A stretch of DNA of 64,000 bases from an uncultured delta proteobacterium. GTDB lineage: Bacteria > Desulfobacterota > Binatia > UBA9968. The translations under genes were made by a program, and so were the position numbers. This document shows, piece after piece, positions 59,534-64,000 of the stretch; positions within the stretch are counted from its first letter, which is position 1, and each line of letters starts with the position of its first letter. The stretch is taken from positions 64,001 to 128,000 of the forward strand of contig CAVYTU010000002.1 in NCBI GenBank assembly GCA_963771465.1. Reading direction: 5' to 3'. A model generated the notes under the pieces. That model saw nothing but the letters and a program-made list of their open reading frames with translations. It was not told the DNA's origin and did not search any database.

Positions 59534-60937
59534 ATGATCGGCAGCGGCACGTTAACGAAACAGATCGCCGGCTATCTGGCGCGTACCGGATTTGACGCAC
59601 TCAATGAGGACGCGTTGCGCGCGACTAAAGAGCATATCCTTTACACGCTAGGGACGATTCTCGCCGGGTCGAGCGCGCCGGGGATCAAGCAGGCGCTCGC
59701 CGGCGCGCGCGCGTTGAGCGGCGCCAGTCAGGAAAGCTCGGTTCTCGTCACCGGAGAGAAACTTCCCGCGGCTTCGGCTGCGCTGGTCAACGCCACCATG
59801 GGTCACAGCCGCGAGCTCGACATCAACGATGACCGTATCGCCTACAAATCGTCCATCACGGTAATCCCAGCCGCGCTCGCGTTGGCGGAGAAAGCCGGCA
59901 AAGTTTCCGGCAAAGATTTTATCACCGCTGTTTGCCTCGGCGTCGATCTCGGCATCCGTCTCGGTCTGGCAACCAATCCGAAACCGGTGCACGCGCGCGC
60001 CATCGCGCTCGGTCCGTTCGCCGCAGCGGCAGGTTGTGGGAAGATTCTCAAACTGAATGAAGACGGCATGCACGATGCCCTCGGCATCGCCTTTTGCCGT
60101 TCGACAGTTGCAGGCAACAGCACGGTCGCGCCGTCGCTGACCAAGCGGCTCGGCGTCGGCTTCGCCTCGCAGAGCGGCGTGGTCGCGGCAACGCTCGCTT
60201 CGGTCGGCTATCCCGCCGCCGGCGAAGTCCTGCAAGGCGCGGCCGGTTTCTTCCAAACCTTTTACCAGCAGGAAGGCGATTACGCCCAACTACTCGATCA
60301 ACTCGGCAGCCGCTTTGAGATCGTTCTCGTCGGCCCGAAACCTTTTCCCTCTTGCCGCTACACCCATTGCGCCGTCACAGGCGTTTTAGATCTCGTGCGC
60401 AAGCATGCGATCAAAGCGCGCGACATCGACGAAGTCCGCGTGCAAATCGGCGAGCGCGACATGCGCTCGGTGGGCGGCTGGAGCGAAGACGAGAAAAAGA
60501 AAAAGCACCGTCCCGAAGGCGTGGTCGACGCGCAGTTCAGCATTCCTTACACCGTCGCCGCCACGCTCGTCAGCGGCGGGCTGTCGCTGGAAGAATTCAC
60601 CGACGCGAAATTGCGCAGCGAAGAAATCCTCGATCTCGCCGCGCGCGTGAAGACCATTCTCACGCCGGAATTCGACCACGGCCCGATGGATGTCAAACCG
60701 CAAGTCGTCGAGATCGTCATGCGCGACGGCAGAATGTTCAACCAAAAAGTCATCTATCCGAAGGGCAATCCCAACAACCCGGTAACCTCCGAAGAACTCG
60801 TCGCCGCCTTCCGCGGCATGGCCAGTTATGCAGCCAAACCGCTCAGCGCCGCCAAGATCGACGACGCGGTCGAGCTAGCGCAACGGTTGGAAGAAGTAGA
60901 CGATGTCGCTGTGCTGGCGAAGTTGTTGACCGCGTAA
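59534..60937 (+). CDS. MmgE/PrpD family protein
   Basis: AALVNATMGH..D, IPAALALAE, KPFPSCRYTH, QFSIPY, PKGNPNNP. Confidence 0.9.
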   Translation: MIGSGTLTKQIAGYLARTGFDALNEDALRATKEHILYTLGTILAGSSAPGIKQALAGARALSGASQESSVLVTGEKLPAASAALVNATMGHSRELDINDDRIAYKSSITVIPAALALAEKAGKVSGKDFITAVCLGVDLGIRLGLATNPKPVHARAIALGPFAAAAGCGKILKLNEDGMHDALGIAFCRSTVAGNSTVAPSLTKRLGVGFASQSGVVAATLASVGYPAAGEVLQGAAGFFQTFYQQEGDYAQLLDQLGSRFEIVLVGPKPFPSCRYTHCAVTGVLDLVRKHAIKARDIDEVRVQIGERDMRSVGGWSEDEKKKKHRPEGVVDAQFSIPYTVAATLVSGGLSLEEFTDAKLRSEEILDLAARVKTILTPEFDHGPMDVKPQVVEIVMRDGRMFNQKVIYPKGNPNNPVTSEELVAAFRGMASYAAKPLSAAKIDDAVELAQRLEEVDDVAVLAKLLTA

Positions 60938-60983
60938 TGCGTCATTCAAACAGAGTGAACCACGTTGGCGCTTGGGATCGATT

Positions 60984-61018
60984 CCTTTCCCCCTTGCGGG
61001 GAAAGGTTAGGATAGGGG
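60984..61018. repeat. REP-like hairpin
   Basis: cctttcccc-cttgc-ggggaaagg ttaggatagggg. Confidence 0.6.
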
Positions 61019-61093
61019 TGCCAAGCTATCGGCACCGGGTAACGCGGGCCGCGAAAAGCGCAGCGATTGAGTAAATCAAAGGACGACGTCTCG

Positions 61094-62176
61094 ATGCCGA
61101 AACGGTTTTTCTGCCAAATTTGCTTGAGCACTTTGCTCGCGTTTCTATTCGTTAATCGCTTGCTCGCCGCCGAGCCTTTCTACCAAGGCAAGACGTTGCG
61201 CGTGATCGTCGCTTCGGCCGCCGGTGGCGGCAGCGACATCGTCGCACGCTTGATGATGCGTCATTTGCCGCGCCTTATACCCGGCAACCCGACTATCATC
61301 GTTGAAAACATGCCGGGTGCCGGCGAGATCATCGGCACGAACTACGTCTACGGCAAAGCCAAACCGGATGGACTCACTACGTTGTTTGCCACCGGTACGC
61401 CAATCAACCAGTTGATCGAGTTGCCCGGCATCGAGTTCGATGTCACGAAGATGCCCATCGTCGGCGGCAGTTCTGAATCGGTAGCCGCGTTCATCAGAAC
61501 CGACAAGACCGGTGTGAAATCGGCGCGCGAGCTATTGAATCCGAAAGCGCCCATCGTCATCGGCGGCTCCGGTTACGGTTCGATCAAAGACGTGTCGATG
61601 CTGGCAGCCATGAATCTGCTCGGCGTAAAGAATCCCACATACGTTACCGGCTACGGCGGCGCCGGCCCGATCCGTCTTGCCTACGAGCGCGCCGAAGTGA
61701 ATTTCACCCAAGAAACCGCCGTCGGCATATCACGCTCGGTGCTGCCCTGGGTGCGCGAAGGTTGGACCTCGATTCTTTACCAGGTCGGTTTTCTCGACGG
61801 CAAAGGCATCGTAATCAAAGACCCGGTGTGGAAAGAGCTCGGCATTGACACGCCGTCGATCACGGAAGTCTATCGCGCCGTGTACGGGCGCGAGGCGGCG
61901 GGACCCGCGTGGGAAGCGGAGAAGGCTTTGATCGGCGGCTATTCACTGACGCGGATGATGGCGGTCGCGCCCAAGACTCCGCCAACGCTGATCGCGGAGC
62001 TGCGCCAAGCATTTCAAGCGATGGGCAAAGACCAAGCCTTCTTAACGGAATGGACCAAGAGCCAAGGCTCCCCGCCGCGTTTGGTGCCCGGCGATGAAGC
62101 CGGCAGTATCGCCGCATCGATTCTCAAAGCGCCGCGGGAAGCGGTGAATATTTTGAAAAAACTCTCCGCGCCTTAA
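61094..62176 (+). CDS. TctC/Bug family substrate-binding protein (orphan)
   Basis: Signal peptide, FYQGKT, AGGGSD, ENMPGAG, KPDGLT. Confidence 0.88.
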   Translation: MPKRFFCQICLSTLLAFLFVNRLLAAEPFYQGKTLRVIVASAAGGGSDIVARLMMRHLPRLIPGNPTIIVENMPGAGEIIGTNYVYGKAKPDGLTTLFATGTPINQLIELPGIEFDVTKMPIVGGSSESVAAFIRTDKTGVKSARELLNPKAPIVIGGSGYGSIKDVSMLAAMNLLGVKNPTYVTGYGGAGPIRLAYERAEVNFTQETAVGISRSVLPWVREGWTSILYQVGFLDGKGIVIKDPVWKELGIDTPSITEVYRAVYGREAAGPAWEAEKALIGGYSLTRMMAVAPKTPPTLIAELRQAFQAMGKDQAFLTEWTKSQGSPPRLVPGDEAGSIAASILKAPREAVNILKKLSAP

Positions 62177-62199
62177 GTTTTGCGCAGACATAAAAATTC

Positions 62200-63168
62200 A
62201 TGCGAGCACTCATCGTCATTGTCCTGATCGCCATCTTCGTCCGTCCTGCCGGCGCCGCCGACAAACTCCGCATCGGCTACGGCGCGCCGTCGGTGGCGAT
62301 GTCCGTGCTTTGGATCACCAAGGAAGGAAAACTTTTCGACAAAAACGGTCTCGACGTCGAAGTGCTGTACCTGGAAAGCTCGCTCGTCCAGCGCGCCCTG
62401 ATCGCCGGCAACATCGCCTTCGGCGAAATGACCGGATCGCTGATGTCTCCGCCGCGTCTGCAGGGCGCCGACATCGTCATGGTCGCCGGCGTTCTAAACC
62501 ATCTCTTGTATCGTCTGATCGCCCGCCCGGAAATCAAAACTCCAGCCGATCTCAGAGGCAAACGCGTCGGCGTGTCGCGCTTTGGCGCCGGCGCGGACCG
62601 CGCAACTCGTCTATTGCTTTCCAAGCTGGGCTTAAATCCGGAAAAGGATTTGACCTTGATACAAGTCGGCGGCGCGCCGACCCGGCTCGCGGCACTTACC
62701 GCGAACAGCATCGACGCGACGATCGTCGAACCGCCGGATCACAAAAAAGCCCAGGACGCCGGCATGAGAGTGCTGGCCAATATGGAAGAGATGAACATTC
62801 CGTTTCAACACACCGGTCTCGTGACCACGCGGGCACAACTGGCAAAGTCCCCTGACATTTCGCGCCGCGTGATGAAATCGTTCGTCGAAGGTATCCATCT
62901 TGCCGCGACCAATCCAGAAGTCGCCAAACAAGCGTTTCGCCGATATTTGCGCTTGCAACAAGAACGCGAGCAGGAAGACGCTTATCAAGTTCTGCGCAGC
63001 TTCTTGCCGCGCAAACCTTATCCGACCATCGAAGGTTTCAAAGCCGTCTTCGCTGAACTCGCCGACCAGATTCCCGCGGCAAAAAACGCCGACCCCAAAG
63101 ACTTCATCGACACCCGATTGCTAGAAGATCTTGACCGCAGTGGTTACATCGACGGCTTGTACAAGTAG
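62200..63168 (+). CDS. ABC substrate-binding protein, NMT1/SsuA-like (orphan)
   Basis: Signal peptide, KNGLDVE, DLRGKRVGVSRFG, GLNPEKD. Confidence 0.88.
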   Translation: MRALIVIVLIAIFVRPAGAADKLRIGYGAPSVAMSVLWITKEGKLFDKNGLDVEVLYLESSLVQRALIAGNIAFGEMTGSLMSPPRLQGADIVMVAGVLNHLLYRLIARPEIKTPADLRGKRVGVSRFGAGADRATRLLLSKLGLNPEKDLTLIQVGGAPTRLAALTANSIDATIVEPPDHKKAQDAGMRVLANMEEMNIPFQHTGLVTTRAQLAKSPDISRRVMKSFVEGIHLAATNPEVAKQAFRRYLRLQQEREQEDAYQVLRSFLPRKPYPTIEGFKAVFAELADQIPAAKNADPKDFIDTRLLEDLDRSGYIDGLYK

Positions 63169-63248
63169 AGGAACAATCGCCGCGGAGACGCCGAGAACGC
63201 ATAGGCGGAGGCGCGCTTTGATTTGGATCTAACTGCGAATAATCCGGG

Positions 63249-64000
63249 CTAGTTAGTGAAGAAGGGATAATCTCGCTTGGCGCGCGCCGCGGAAACGTAA
63301 CCCAGTTCAACGTCGCGTTTGATCGCTGCGCCAGCGCGCTCGTCCCGCGCGCCGTAACCGCCGCCGCCGGCCGTGAAGAACGTGACGGTCTCACCCGGAT
63401 GAACTAGTAAATGGCTGAATTTTCCCGGCAGCGTTTCGGCGCTGCCATTGCGCTCAATGCGGGTCTCGTTGACCGCGCCTTCGGCGCCGCCCAATAGTCC
63501 CCAGGGCGGACATTTGATGCGGTCGGTGTTGCGGCTCAAGAAAAAATTTTCCAGCGACCTCACCTTGACTTCGACGCCGTTGCCGCCGCGAAACTTGCCG
63601 GCGCCGCCGCTGTCGGTTCGAAACGCGTGGCACTCGTAGAGCAGCGGATAATAAAGTTCTTGCAACTCGATGGGCGTATTTTTGACGTCGCCTTGGCACA
63701 TGGACACGGCTGAAGAAACACCGTCCTCGAAGGGCCGGCCGCCCCAGCCGCCACCAATGATATTCTGACAAACGTAACGCCGGCCGGTCTTCGAGTTCAT
63801 GCCGAAGATCGCGTAGCCGCCCATGTCGCCTTTGTGCGCCGCCGGCACTTGGGCAGGTAACGCCGGGGCGAGCGCGCGGAAAATTGTGTCGAGCACCGTC
63901 GGCAACGACAGGCTCCAGCCGCCGATCGGCGCCGGCCGCCGCGCGCTGAGAATTTTTCCCGGCGGCAAAATCACCTTGAGCGCGAGAAACGAACCTTCGT
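63249..64000 (-). CDS. Hydantoinase B / 5-oxoprolinase subunit (5' partial)
   Basis: GGGWGGRP..DG, NTPIE, DSGGAGKFRGG, GGGGYG. Confidence 0.9.
   Translation of the reverse strand, partial: EGSFLALKVILPPGKILSARRPAPIGGWSLSLPTVLDTIFRALAPALPAQVPAAHKGDMGGYAIFGMNSKTGRRYVCQNIIGGGWGGRPFEDGVSSAVSMCQGDVKNTPIELQELYYPLLYECHAFRTDSGGAGKFRGGNGVEVKVRSLENFFLSRNTDRIKCPPWGLLGGAEGAVNETRIERNGSAETLPGKFSHLLVHPGETVTFFTAGGGGYGARDERAGAAIKRDVELGYVSAARAKRDYPFFTN

Overview
Bacterial, GC-rich (roughly 55-60% by eye) window. The many TctC/Bug and NMT1-type solute-binding proteins, the UbiD, MmgE/PrpD and amidohydrolase genes and the style of intergenic palindromes suggest a Binatia/deltaproteobacteria-like genome; this is inference only. 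The left half (1-38 kb) mixes housekeeping genes (CCA enzyme, M16 peptidase pair, chdC, pckG, the rimP-nusA-ylxR-infB-DUF503-rbfA-truB operon, an NtrBC-like two-component system, thiE) with metabolic genes. These include a three-subunit cobalt thiocyanate-hydrolase/nitrile-hydratase-like operon directly behind pckG and a TctC plus TctA-TctB fusion transporter. The right half (38.7-64 kb) is a catabolic island of divergent enzymes interleaved with mostly orphan binding proteins. It holds a ThDP E1 alpha/beta pair without E2/E3, an Ltp2-like thiolase with DUF35 and an ADP-forming acyl-CoA ligase, a signal-less PBP-fold protein, a ferritin-like ExxH protein, an amidohydrolase, a CX8CX2C radical SAM enzyme, an atypical MmgE/PrpD and a hydantoinase B. 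Eight frameshifts in seven genes, two of them in essential infB, are most likely long-read sequencing errors. Intergenic DNA carries several REP-like palindrome families, some with nested 22-23 nt inserts, and a duplicated ~170 bp leader with a truncated DRE-TIM gene start. No rRNA, tRNA, CRISPR array or transposase was seen.
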